The notes beneath the pieces are model-generated. The model saw only the letters and a program-made list of their open reading frames with translations, was not told the origin of the DNA and searched no databases. A stretch of DNA of 32,000 nucleotides from Halomicronema hongdechloris C2206. GTDB taxonomy: Bacteria > Cyanobacteriota > Cyanobacteriia > Phormidesmidales > Phormidesmidaceae. The stretch is taken from contig NZ_CP021983.2 in the NCBI RefSeq assembly GCF_002075285.3, positions 4,590,001 through 4,622,000 of the forward strand. Reading direction: 5' to 3'. A program made the translations under genes and the position numbers. This document shows positions 8,304 through 18,873 of the stretch, in pieces (position 1 is the stretch's first letter; each line of letters begins with the position of its first letter).

Positions 8304-9032
8304 GGATAGACGCCTGCTACGGCTCCGTAACCCCTAAGGAGACAACGATACCCATTGATCCGATAGCAGTTGGCCGGCAAGTGAATGCGTCGAGGTATGC
8401 AGATGGGCCGTGGCAGCTACTCTCCATAGCAGTCCCCTAGATGTTCATAGCTTATTCATCCAGTTGTCATTTCATCTTCAGACTCAGCGGTAATAGTAGA
8501 GACAACTTGGGCAGGATAGATATACGAGCGTTGTTTATGACGTCACCGGCAGTACGGCTATCCCTATGGAAGACCGCCCTGGAGAATCCCATTGCTGCCG
8601 GCACAATGAAGAGTGTGTGGAGGAGCCTAAAAGAGTGCTGGGATGCCCCAATTGTTGTTAGTGAATCTAATAGGAATGATTAGAGGAAATTGAGTGCCAT
8701 CACTTTACGCAACATTTAAGTTGTTATAGTATGTAAACGTGAACTCATAACGGATCCGATTTGCGGCCAATTTCCTCAACGGCCACCAATTGGTGTCATT
8801 CACTCCAGCAGTAGACGACCTAGCGCCTCAGCCATTGAGTCGGCAATGCTAGTGCAGGCAGCTTAAAGCAGTAATTCGTGCAGGTTATCGCTGTTGCCTT
8901 CCCCCAAAGCGCCACGTGTGACTAACGGGGGTTTTGTTATCTGAATTCGTTGCTGGTTCAAAGCCTGCATCTCCTTGTCTATTCTAATCGCGAACTATCG
9001 AGCAGATTTGTCAGCGGAGGCGAATCATCCCC

Positions 9033-10016
9033 ATGCCAAAGACCAAAACCCGTAACTCCAACGCTCAACCCTTATTTACAGCCGATGCCGTGCGCAGTTA
9101 CCTGCATGAGATCGGTCGTGTTCCTCTGCTGACCCATGAGCAAGAGATTGTTCTAGGCAAGCAAGTGCAGCAAATGATGACTCTGCTGGATACTAAAGAG
9201 GCTCTCGAAGACCGTCTAGATCGAGAGCCTACCCCGGCAGAGTGGGCTGAGGCGGCAGACATTCCAGAGGCAGAGCTGAAGACTAAGTTGCGTCAAGGGC
9301 AACGGGCTAAGCGCAAAATGATTGAGGCCAATTTGCGCTTGGTCGTCGCCATTGCCAAGAAGTATCAGAAACGGAATCTAGAATTCCTGGACTTGATTCA
9401 GGAAGGCACCCTGGGGCTAGAGCGAGGAGTAGAAAAATTTGATCCCACGAAAGGGTATAAATTTTCTACCTATGCCTACTGGTGGATTCGCCAAGCCATT
9501 ACTCGGGCCATTGCCCAACAGGCACGCACTATTCGGTTGCCCATTCACATCACCGAAAAGCTGAACAAGATCAAGCGAATCCAGCGGGAACTCTCTCAGA
9601 GTCTGGGGCGTAGCCCTAACGCGATCGAGATTGCCGACGCCTTAGAGCTAGAGCCCAAGCAGGTGCGTGATTACCTGCTGATGGCGCGTCAGCCCATCTC
9701 CTTGGATGTGCGCATTGGTGATAACCAAGACACAGAACTGCAAGAGCTACTGGAGGACGATAGCGTGTCTCCAGAAAACTATACGGTGCAGGAGTCCCTC
9801 AAACAGGATATTCGTGACCTGCTTGCAGAACTAACCCCCCAGCAAAAGGAAGTGATTACCCTGCGCTATGGCCTCGAAGATGGCAACGAATTATCTCTGG
9901 CCAAGGTGGGCCATCGCATGAACATCAGTCGGGAACGAGTGCGTCAACTCGAACAACAGGCTCTCAAGCATCTGCGTCGGCGCAAGGCAGACGTGCGTAG
10001 TTACCTAGCTAGCTAA
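9033..10016 (+). CDS. RNA polymerase sigma-70 family factor, group 2 (RpoD-like)
   Basis: Region 1.2 ([19 protein letters not shown]), region 2 ([41 protein letters not shown]) and region 4 ([18 protein letters not shown]) are all present. Its 327-aa size lacks the long region 1.1 of group 1 factors. Confidence 0.95.
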   Translation: MPKTKTRNSNAQPLFTADAVRSYLHEIGRVPLLTHEQEIVLGKQVQQMMTLLDTKEALEDRLDREPTPAEWAEAADIPEAELKTKLRQGQRAKRKMIEANLRLVVAIAKKYQKRNLEFLDLIQEGTLGLERGVEKFDPTKGYKFSTYAYWWIRQAITRAIAQQARTIRLPIHITEKLNKIKRIQRELSQSLGRSPNAIEIADALELEPKQVRDYLLMARQPISLDVRIGDNQDTELQELLEDDSVSPENYTVQESLKQDIRDLLAELTPQQKEVITLRYGLEDGNELSLAKVGHRMNISRERVRQLEQQALKHLRRRKADVRSYLAS

Positions 10017-10071
10017 GTATAGATGCCTAGGGGATGGGTTTCTCTATTGTTATGTCTCTGTCAGCGAATCT

Positions 10072-10102
10072 GCGGGGCGTCCTCCAGCGACGCCCCGTTT
10101 CT
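10072..10102 (+). terminator. Rho-independent terminator candidate after the sigma factor gene
   Basis: Stem GGGGCGTC (10074-10081) / GACGCCCC (10089-10096) with a 7-nt loop, followed by GTTTCT. Confidence 0.6.
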
Positions 10103-10187
10103 GATGATAAGCGAGCTTGTCCTCCCCCAAATGTGTTCGGTAACCCCCCCTTCAGGGAAACGAGCTAGACCCGCACTATAGAAATAG

Positions 10188-12137
<1,950 letters not shown>

Positions 12138-12200
12138 AGACAGCGAGGAATCAGCGGGATCGACGAATCGTCGATCTCGAACTCGCTCCGGCTAGCAACG

Positions 12201-12230
12201 AGCGGATGGTCAGTGGCCATCCGCTTTCTT
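12201..12230 (+). terminator. Rho-independent terminator after dnaK
   Basis: 9-bp stem AGCGGATGG (12201-12209) / CCATCCGCT (12217-12225) with a 7-nt loop, followed by TTTCTT. Confidence 0.7.
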
Positions 12231-12369
12231 ATGGACCAGCTGTTTGAATGAGGAAATAATGCGTTCATGTTGCAGAGTTCGAAAGACTACGAAGATTAAT
12301 GTGATCTGCTGTCAATGCGAGCTACCTTTGTTAAAAGGAGAGTAATCTGCTTCGCCAGGATTCTCTGCC

Positions 12370-13263
12370 ATGATTGAGTCATCGCTTGCCCACCTGCAGA
12401 TGGCATCTAGTCAGCCGCAACGACTACGGGAGCAGGTGCAAATTGCCTTAGCCATCGCTGATGCATCGACGTTGCGATCGCTACTGACAGAGAGCACCCC
12501 TCCCCTGGCCTTGAGTGATCGCATTGGTGTCCTGCGGGCTGAAGTAGGTGTGCCCTTGCCGGAGGGGGGCAAACGGGCAATGGATGGGGTGCTGTGGGTA
12601 GAGTCAATCGAATGTGCCCTAGCTGGATCGCGTCCTGACCTGGCGGCCCAGCCTTCGGGGTCTGACCACCAACCCTACCAGGATTTGACCCGTTGCCACT
12701 CGGAGCTGCATACCCTGGCCCAGAATATTTCCCTCTCAGAGGCGATTGCCCTCTTGTCCCATGCCGGGTTCCAGAGTGAGCAGATCAGTCAAATTTTGCA
12801 TTTGCCGGCCCAGGCCTGGCACCGAGATTGGTGGTATCAGAGCGACCTGTCTGGGCACTTGACCCTGCCGTTTTGTCGGGCCATTCGGACCCGTCGGTTT
12901 GCCGATGGCCGCTTTAGCCTACAGTATCGGGATTTCTATGCCTTGGAGCCACCTCCGTGTTTCCAGGGCATCGAAGTAGCCATTCCCGTTGAGTTCAAGC
13001 CAGCCGACCAAGGATTTGGTGAAACGCTGGAACGGGTGAATGGAGCCCGTCGCCATTGGGGCACGGACAAGGCCTTGGTCATCAGTGAAACTCTGTCTGA
13101 ACTGGAGGTGCAAGGCTTGACCCGGCAAGGGGTGAGTCTGTATCAACCCCGCCCTCAAGCGTTGCCCCAGGCAGCAGATTGCAGCCGCTGCCATCAGGCT
13201 AACTGCCCTCTCCAGGGTCGAATTCATTCCCCGGTGTTAACCTGCCAAAGCTACGACCCTTAA
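12370..13263 (+). CDS. Hypothetical protein (297 aa) with a C-terminal Cys cluster
   Basis: A long ORF with gene-like composition and no recognisable domain. The C-terminus reads CSRCHQANCPLQGRIHSPVLTC. The start is uncertain (an alternative Met lies 10 codons in). Confidence 0.5.
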   Translation: MIESSLAHLQMASSQPQRLREQVQIALAIADASTLRSLLTESTPPLALSDRIGVLRAEVGVPLPEGGKRAMDGVLWVESIECALAGSRPDLAAQPSGSDHQPYQDLTRCHSELHTLAQNISLSEAIALLSHAGFQSEQISQILHLPAQAWHRDWWYQSDLSGHLTLPFCRAIRTRRFADGRFSLQYRDFYALEPPPCFQGIEVAIPVEFKPADQGFGETLERVNGARRHWGTDKALVISETLSELEVQGLTRQGVSLYQPRPQALPQAADCSRCHQANCPLQGRIHSPVLTCQSYDP

Positions 13264-13394
13264 GGCTAGTCCCGAGCTCAGGCGAGGGTGAGCTGTTAAT
13301 TTATGGCCGGGGTGGGTGACGTCGGGCGGAAATGCCTAGCATGGGCAACGATGGCCGTGAGGTTTTATCGGGTAGGGCGTAGATAGGAGGTGTC

Positions 13395-13628
13395 TCAGGA
13401 AGATTTGCTGAGCGCCGTTGTCCTTGCCACCACCGCCATGCGATGGTCAAAGACCGGCCCCGCAGGGCCATCGCCCCCCCCCGCCATGGCCAGGCCAAAC
13501 GCCGCCAGAGAGGGACTGCCATCGAGTCCGCCCAGCAACACATCGACCATACCGGCGGTGACGGCGATACTGACCAGACGCTGACGCCGGTAGGTTGTCT
13601 TGAGCCAGTATGTCCAGGGGCGATTCAT
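13395..13628 (-). CDS. Doubtful small hydrophobic/Gly-rich ORF containing a G9 (plus-strand C9) tract
   Basis: A 77-aa ORF with no recognised family. It carries a 9-nt homopolymer at 13474-13482. Neither neighbouring frame gives a better product. Confidence 0.2.
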   Translation of the reverse strand: MNRPWTYWLKTTYRRQRLVSIAVTAGMVDVLLGGLDGSPSLAAFGLAMAGGGDGPAGPVFDHRMAVVARTTALSKSS

Positions 13629-13850
13629 CTAATTCGGGGTATCGAATTCGGGTTATTAAATCAACAGGTGCGATTGCCCACCGACTCCATTAACCGACTA
13701 GATTAACCAGCGTATGCCAGCCTCTCCTCGATGCAGCCGAGGGAATATGCTCCTACCTTAGCATGCCCTTTTCAGAGACAATGGGGTCACGCAAGAGCAT
13801 ACTCAGGCGCCCCCCTCAGGTCAGCCCCAGCCAGGTGAGAATTCCCTTGC

Positions 13851-13915
13851 CGGTGAGGAGTTCGAATCAACACCACTAGCACAAATCCCACCATGGCAGC
13901 TCGGCCATCTCAGCC
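13851..13915 (-). pseudogene. tRNA-Ser-like remnant (acceptor/D-arm piece plus T-loop/3'-acceptor piece; anticodon region missing)
   Basis: The minus strand reads GGCTGAGATGGCCGAGCTG...GATTCGAACTCCTCACCG. For comparison, class II tRNA-Ser, as I recall E. coli serV, reads GGTGAGGTGGCCGAG...GGTTCGAATCC...CCTCACCG. The piece is too short, and its T stem is not complementary, so it cannot form a cloverleaf. Confidence 0.35.
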
Positions 13916-14014
13916 GTTCGGCATACTCGTTGAAGCCAGTCTTCGGCGCTCTAGGTTAGGCCTAACGCTAGGTTCCATATCAGCCATGGATGATTGTTGA
14001 CAAGACTATACCAA

Positions 14015-14059
14015 GTCTCGACCCAGGTCTCGACCCAGGTCTCGACCCAGGTCTCCGAC
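14015..14059. repeat. 12-bp tandem repeat GTCTCGACCCAG x3 plus a degenerate partial copy
   Basis: Perfect copies at 14015-14026, 14027-14038 and 14039-14050, followed by GTCTCCGAC. The array is intergenic, about 170 nt upstream of ald. Confidence 0.9.
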
Positions 14060-14227
14060 TTGGACAAGGTTTGATACTCCTACTATTGATGAGGCGGCCC
14101 ATTTCAGTCAATGGTGGAATACCGTCCCTCTTTTCCCCCATCTGCTCGCCGGGTTTGAGCCAGGGCACTCCAGCGTCTCCCAGCGGAATGCTCTTAAGCT
14201 GAAGACCAATGGGCACGAGGAAGAACT

Positions 14228-15334
14228 ATGCAAATTGGCATTCCCAAGGAAATCAAAGACCAGGAATTTCGAGTTGGGCTCAGTCCTAACAGTGTCAAGG
14301 TCTTGCGGGAACAGGGAACATCGTCTCGTCGTGCAAACAGGGGGCTGGGCTCGGCGCTGGCTTCAGCGATGAAGCCTATGGCCAGGCGGGGGCCGAGATG
14401 GTCGCTACAGCGGCAGAGGCCTGGAATCAGACCCTGGTGGTGAAGGTCAAAGAACCCTTGCCGGCCGAGTATCCGTTGATGCAGCCAGGGCAGATTCTCT
14501 TTACCTACTTGCATTTGGCGGCTAACCGTTCCCTAACCCAGCAACTGATGGCCAGTGGTGTGCAGGCCATTGCCTATGAAACCGTGGAGGTCAAACCAGC
14601 ACCGGCCCTTGCTGACGCCAATGAGCATTATTGCCGGGCGTCTCTCGGTGCAGTTTGGCGCTCATTATCTAGAACGGCAACAGGGGGGGCGGGGCGTGCT
14701 GTTAGGCGGAGTGCCAGGGGTACGACCAGCCCATGTGGCTATCCTGGGCGGCGGTGTGGTCGGCACCGAAGCTGCCAAAATGGCAGTGGGATTAGGCGCC
14801 CGGGTGCAGCTTGTCGATATCAATGTGGAGCAATTGGGCTATCTAGAAACCCTCTTCGGCTCCCGAGTAGAGCTGCTCTACAGCAGTCAGCCAGAGATTC
14901 AACGGGTAGTGCCCGACGCCGATTTAGTTGTGGGGGCAGTGCTGGTGCCGGGACGTCGTCCGCCTACTCTAGTGTCGCGAGCTCTGGTGGCCCAGATGCG
15001 GGCTGGCTCTGTCATCGTGGATGTGGCCGTGGACCAGGGGGGCTGCATTGAGACCATGCAACCGACGTCCCACAGCCATCCCACCTATGAAACGGAGGGG
15101 GTCTTACACTACGGTGTTCCCAATATGCCAGGGGCGGTGCCCTGGACGGCGACCCAGGCTCTGAACAACAGCACTCTGCCCTATGTGCAGCAACTGGCTC
15201 AACATGGCCTGAAGGCATTGGCCATGGATGAGTCCTTGGCGGCGGGACTGAATGTTAGAGACGGGCAACTGGTGCACCCAGCGGTACAGCAGGTATTTCC
15301 AGAGTTGGCGGCCCCGACCAAGTCGGCGGGCTGA
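14228..15334 (+). pseudogene. ald: Alanine dehydrogenase gene interrupted by three +1 frame changes
   Basis: The Ald sequence can be followed across frames:
- MQIGIPKEIKDQEFRVGLSPNSVKVLREQG (frame of 14228).
- HRLVVQTG (14319-14342).
- AGLGAGFSDEAY...KVKEPLPAEY...LFTYLHLAA...AIAYETVEV (frame of 14398).
- RPLLTPMSIIAGRLSVQ...GGVPGV...VIVDVAVDQGGC...HYGVPNMPGAVP (frame of 14555, to the stop at 15334).
The extra bases lie near 14318, 14343 and 14602. Confidence 0.85.
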
Positions 15335-15439
15335 TCGAGATTTTTCTTCTTATTCCGGATGTCGTCGCATTGCCACGAAGCAATAAATCAGGGGGCCCTG
15401 GGGCGCTCTGGCGGAGACGCGCTCCTATGATTAAGGAGG

Positions 15440-18160
15440 ATGTCCCTGATCGCTACCATGAACAATTATTTATCATGGGGAGCTGCTGCTGTATGGTCCC
15501 GGGCTTGGGGCGTAGGCCTAGCAATGGGATTGGCTGGTGTGGGCAGCCCAGCCTGGGCTCAACCGACCGCTGCAGATTGTTATGCTCAGCTGGAGCAAGG
15601 CATGGAACCCGCGACGATCTGCCATCAGGTTTTGGCGGGTTGGCTGCAGCAGGCCGACGCCTATCCGAGAAGCCTGCCCGTGGGCCAACGGCTGCCCCAG
15701 TTGGCGCTGCTACAGCAGGCCCTCTCCCTGGCTAACTTGTTACAGGAGCCCGAGCTCAGCATTGAGGTGCTGCATCGGCTGGCGGATTTATCCCATGACC
15801 TCGGCCAGTATCCCCGCGCTATTGAGCAGTTTCAGCAGGCCCTGGAGTTGGCTCAATCGCTGGATTTGCCCCGATTGCAAGGCGAGTCATTGGCTGGCTT
15901 GGGCCGAGTGCATACCGACTTTGGTCAGTTGGCCCTAGCCTTAGAGTATTATCAGCAGGCCCTGGAGCAGTTCCAAGCGGTGGGGGCCACTGCTGAGGTG
16001 GCGGCCACGTGGCGGCTGATCAGTATTGCTCATCAAGAGGATGGGCAGTGGCTGGCGGCCCTGCAGGCAGCGGCGGAGTCCTTGGCCATGGCCCAGGGGG
16101 ATAGGGGATCAGGTGGCAGCAGCGGCGGCTCTACACCAACGGGGGAAGTCGAACTGGCCCAGGGGGAGTATGACCATGCGATCGCATCCTATCGGCAGGC
16201 CATTGCCCGGCGCCGCCAGGGAGCCGATTCCTTAGCTCTGGCAGAGAGTTTAAACCGCTTGGGCGGTGCCTACTCCCTGCAGGGCCAATACCCTGAGGCC
16301 CTAGGAGCCTATCGAGAAGCCTTAGACCTCAGTCGCCAGCAAGACAACCTGGCCCAAACCGCCACCCTGCTGCAAAACCTTGGCTTGACCCAGGCGAAAG
16401 TAGGCCAGATCAACCCAGCTATTAATCGCCTCCATGAAGCCGCCGCCATCTTTCAAGTGTTAGGTTACCGCGGGTTAGAAGGCGAAACCCTGAGCACCAT
16501 CGCCACCCTGCTGCGGCAGCAGCAGCAACCAGAGTTGGCCATCGCTGTCTACAAGCGAGCCATCAATGTGCTGGAAGGGGTGCGTCAGGAACTGCGCCTA
16601 CTGCCCCAGGAGTTACAGACCATTTTCCCAGAGACCTTCGCCGGCACCTATCGAGCCCTAGCCGATTTGCTCCTGCAGCAAGGGCGGATCGAGGAAGCTC
16701 AGCAAGTGTTGGATTTGCTCAAAGTTCAGGAGATCGATGACTATCTCTATGCGGTCGAAGCATCGGGACAAGGCGAGCTAGGCATCGAGTCTCTGTCAGC
16801 CGAGACAGCCTTGCTCGATCGCTACGGCCAAACCATTGCTCAAGGACGAGAACTGGCGCAACTCCGCCATATTCCTCCCCCCGAGCGTAGTCCGGCCCAA
16901 CAACAACGGATTGCCGAACTCGTCGCTGCCCAGCAAGACAGCCTAGATAGTTTCAACCGCTTCATCACCAGTCCCGAGGTGACGGCCCTGATCCAGCAAC
17001 TGAGCATGACCAGTCGGCGTCAAAATATCGATCCAGCCCACCTCAACAGTCTGCAGGATAATCTGCGTCAACTGGAGGTGCCAGCGGTGCTGCTCTACCC
17101 TTTAATCTTGGAGGATCGCCTGGAACTGCTCCTGGTCACTCCCTACAGCCCACCGATTCGGCGGACGGTGGCGGTGACGGCAGGGGAACTAACGACGACC
17201 ATTCAGGCCTTTCGTGCTGCCCTGAGCAACCGAGAGCCTCGGGTAGAGGAACTGGCTCATCGACTCTACCGTTGGTTAGTGCAGCCCCTGGAAGCGGACT
17301 TGGCCCAGGCAGAGGCCGAGCTGCTAGTGTATGCCCCCGATGGTCAACTGCGTTATATTCCCCTGGCCGCCCTCCATGATGGCCGGCAGTGGTTAGTGGA
17401 GCGTTTCCAGGTCACCAACATCACCGCCGCCAGTCTAACCGACTTCGATGCCGCGCCGGCGGCGAGCCCCAGTGTGCTGGCCGCCGCTTTCAGCCAGGGG
17501 CAATACGATGTCCACATCGGTCAGCGCCGGGTGCAATTGGCCGGGTTACCCTATGCCGGCGTCGAGGTCGACTCCTTGACCCATACCTTCGCGACGGTCA
17601 GCACACTCTTGAACCAGGACTTCAGCCCCACCGCCACGATTCCCCGGATGGGGGACCATACCATCGTCCATCTCGCCACCCACGCCGAATTTGTGCCCGG
17701 CCAGCCGCAGGACTCCTTCATCCTGTTCGGCAACGGGGAACAGGTGACTCTGGAAGATATCGGTACCTGGAACCTGAATCGAGCCGATTTAGTGGTGCTC
17801 AGTGCCTGTCAAACCGGGTTGGGAGGACGGCTGGGCAACGGCGAAGAAATTCTAGGCTTTGGCTATCAGATTCAACGGGCTGGCGCTAAAGCCGCAGTGG
17901 CTTCCCTGTGGTCGGTGGACGACGGCGGGACCCAAGCCCTGATGACGGCGTTCTATGCTGGCCTGCAGCAGGGTTCCACGAAGGCCCATGCCCTGCGTCA
18001 AGCGCAATTGGCGTTGATTCGCAATGATCAAGCCGTGATCGACGATACCCAACGCAGTATTGCCATCGTGCTCTCGGACGGTGCGACTCGTCAACTTCCC
18101 AGTTCTTTCAGCCATCCCTACTATTGGGCTCCCTTTATCCTGATCGGCAATGGCCGATGA
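15440..18160 (+). CDS. TPR-repeat / CHAT-domain (caspase-like) protein with an N-terminal signal-like segment
   Basis: The hydrophobic N-terminus ends in AWAQ. Multiple TPR-like units follow (…YYQQALEQFQ…, …YREALDLSRQ…). The C-terminal CHAT His/Cys dyad context is HLATHAEF and LVVLSACQTGLG. 906 aa. Confidence 0.9.
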   Translation: MSLIATMNNYLSWGAAAVWSRAWGVGLAMGLAGVGSPAWAQPTAADCYAQLEQGMEPATICHQVLAGWLQQADAYPRSLPVGQRLPQLALLQQALSLANLLQEPELSIEVLHRLADLSHDLGQYPRAIEQFQQALELAQSLDLPRLQGESLAGLGRVHTDFGQLALALEYYQQALEQFQAVGATAEVAATWRLISIAHQEDGQWLAALQAAAESLAMAQGDRGSGGSSGGSTPTGEVELAQGEYDHAIASYRQAIARRRQGADSLALAESLNRLGGAYSLQGQYPEALGAYREALDLSRQQDNLAQTATLLQNLGLTQAKVGQINPAINRLHEAAAIFQVLGYRGLEGETLSTIATLLRQQQQPELAIAVYKRAINVLEGVRQELRLLPQELQTIFPETFAGTYRALADLLLQQGRIEEAQQVLDLLKVQEIDDYLYAVEASGQGELGIESLSAETALLDRYGQTIAQGRELAQLRHIPPPERSPAQQQRIAELVAAQQDSLDSFNRFITSPEVTALIQQLSMTSRRQNIDPAHLNSLQDNLRQLEVPAVLLYPLILEDRLELLLVTPYSPPIRRTVAVTAGELTTTIQAFRAALSNREPRVEELAHRLYRWLVQPLEADLAQAEAELLVYAPDGQLRYIPLAALHDGRQWLVERFQVTNITAASLTDFDAAPAASPSVLAAAFSQGQYDVHIGQRRVQLAGLPYAGVEVDSLTHTFATVSTLLNQDFSPTATIPRMGDHTIVHLATHAEFVPGQPQDSFILFGNGEQVTLEDIGTWNLNRADLVVLSACQTGLGGRLGNGEEILGFGYQIQRAGAKAAVASLWSVDDGGTQALMTAFYAGLQQGSTKAHALRQAQLALIRNDQAVIDDTQRSIAIVLSDGATRQLPSSFSHPYYWAPFILIGNGR

Positions 18161-18182
18161 GGCGGGAAAGGACCCTACCCCC

Positions 18183-18545
18183 TCACTCATAAATCGTCTC
18201 ATCTTCTTGTCGCCAGGCTGGATCGACAATGCATAGGAAGACGAGGGCATCTGTGCCGTTGTTATGGATATACTGGCGGGCACCGGGAGGAATATAAATG
18301 GCATCCCCTGGCTTCACGGCCTGGGCCTCATTGTCGATGTGCATGGTCCCCTGGCCCTGTAGGATGTAGTAGACTTCTGAGGTCTTGAGGGAGTGGGGAG
18401 TGGAGGTTCGCCCTGCTGGCACGGTGGCGTGGGCCAAACTATAGCGCAGGGCTAGGGCTGCCTTATCGGGGTGCAGCAGCTCTCGCAGTTGGGTGCCATC
18501 ACCGGCAGTGAATTCGGGACAGTTGAGTAGGTTGCGCACAAACAT
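18183..18545 (-). CDS. Cupin domain protein
   Basis: Cupin-like core HSLKTSEVYYILQGQGTMHIDNE...GDAIYIPPGARQYIHNNG. The start is set at the internal ATG (18543-18545). The upstream part of the 176-aa ORF is Pro/Ser-rich and overlaps the 3' end of the preceding gene in another frame. Confidence 0.8.
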   Translation of the reverse strand: MFVRNLLNCPEFTAGDGTQLRELLHPDKAALALRYSLAHATVPAGRTSTPHSLKTSEVYYILQGQGTMHIDNEAQAVKPGDAIYIPPGARQYIHNNGTDALVFLCIVDPAWRQEDETIYE

Positions 18546-18546
18546 G

Positions 18547-18873
18547 TTAGGGGCGGGGATGGGACATGAGGGTGTCTGCCTCGAAGTCGGGGCAGTCGAT
18601 GGCGGTCTCAGAGAGGGCGGCGCTGGGATGAATAGGGCACTTGAGTAAGGGATTATTGGTAAATTACCGACAGTCGGCGCAGGGAATGCGGTGCATTTGC
18701 CTGGCTCGAGCAATGCCGTCTCGGGTAAATGACCATAGATTCCAGCCTAGGAGCAAGAGGATTCCCCAGGCGCAGACGAAACAAATTGGCCCTAGGATGG
18801 ACTGGATTAGCTGGACCAGCCAAATGGCCAGGGATTGAATGATTTGCAGAAAAGAATACACGTGCGATCGCAT
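18547..18873 (-). pseudogene. Small membrane protein with a Cys-rich C-terminal motif, interrupted by an in-frame TAA
   Basis: ORF 18664..18873 has one or two hydrophobic helices and ends ...HRIPCADCR-TAA (stop at 18664-18666). The same frame continues without a shift as FTNNPLLKCPIHPSAALSETAIDCPDFEADTLMSHPRP to TAA at 18547-18549, 1 nt before the cupin ATG. Confidence 0.55.

Noticed and set aside
8441-8683. 80-aa ORF in the long gap upstream of the sigma factor gene
   Set aside because: Poor composition, no RBS or motif, and AT-rich context. It is treated as non-coding.
13443-13706. Plus-strand 87-aa ORF opposite the C9-tract ORF
   Set aside because: Arg/Gly/Pro-rich product with no start context. 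It is probably a shadow frame in a GC-rich non-coding stretch.
14015-14059. Possible CRISPR array
   Set aside because: The repeats are 12 bp and contiguous with no spacers. No cas genes are in the window.
13980-14216. ORFs on both strands with PGSR and DPGL peptide repeats
   Set aside because: The peptide repeats are a direct by-product of the 12-bp DNA tandem repeat. Neither ORF has other coding features.
15370-15735. 121-aa ORF overlapping the start of the TPR-CHAT gene in another frame
   Set aside because: Low-complexity Gly/Arg/Pro product. The CHAT-gene frame is far better supported.
18546-18713. N-terminal 56-codon extension of the cupin ORF
   Set aside because: It is Pro/Ser/Thr-rich and overlaps, in another frame, the Cys-motif continuation of the upstream gene. 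The internal ATG at 18545 directly follows that gene's stop.
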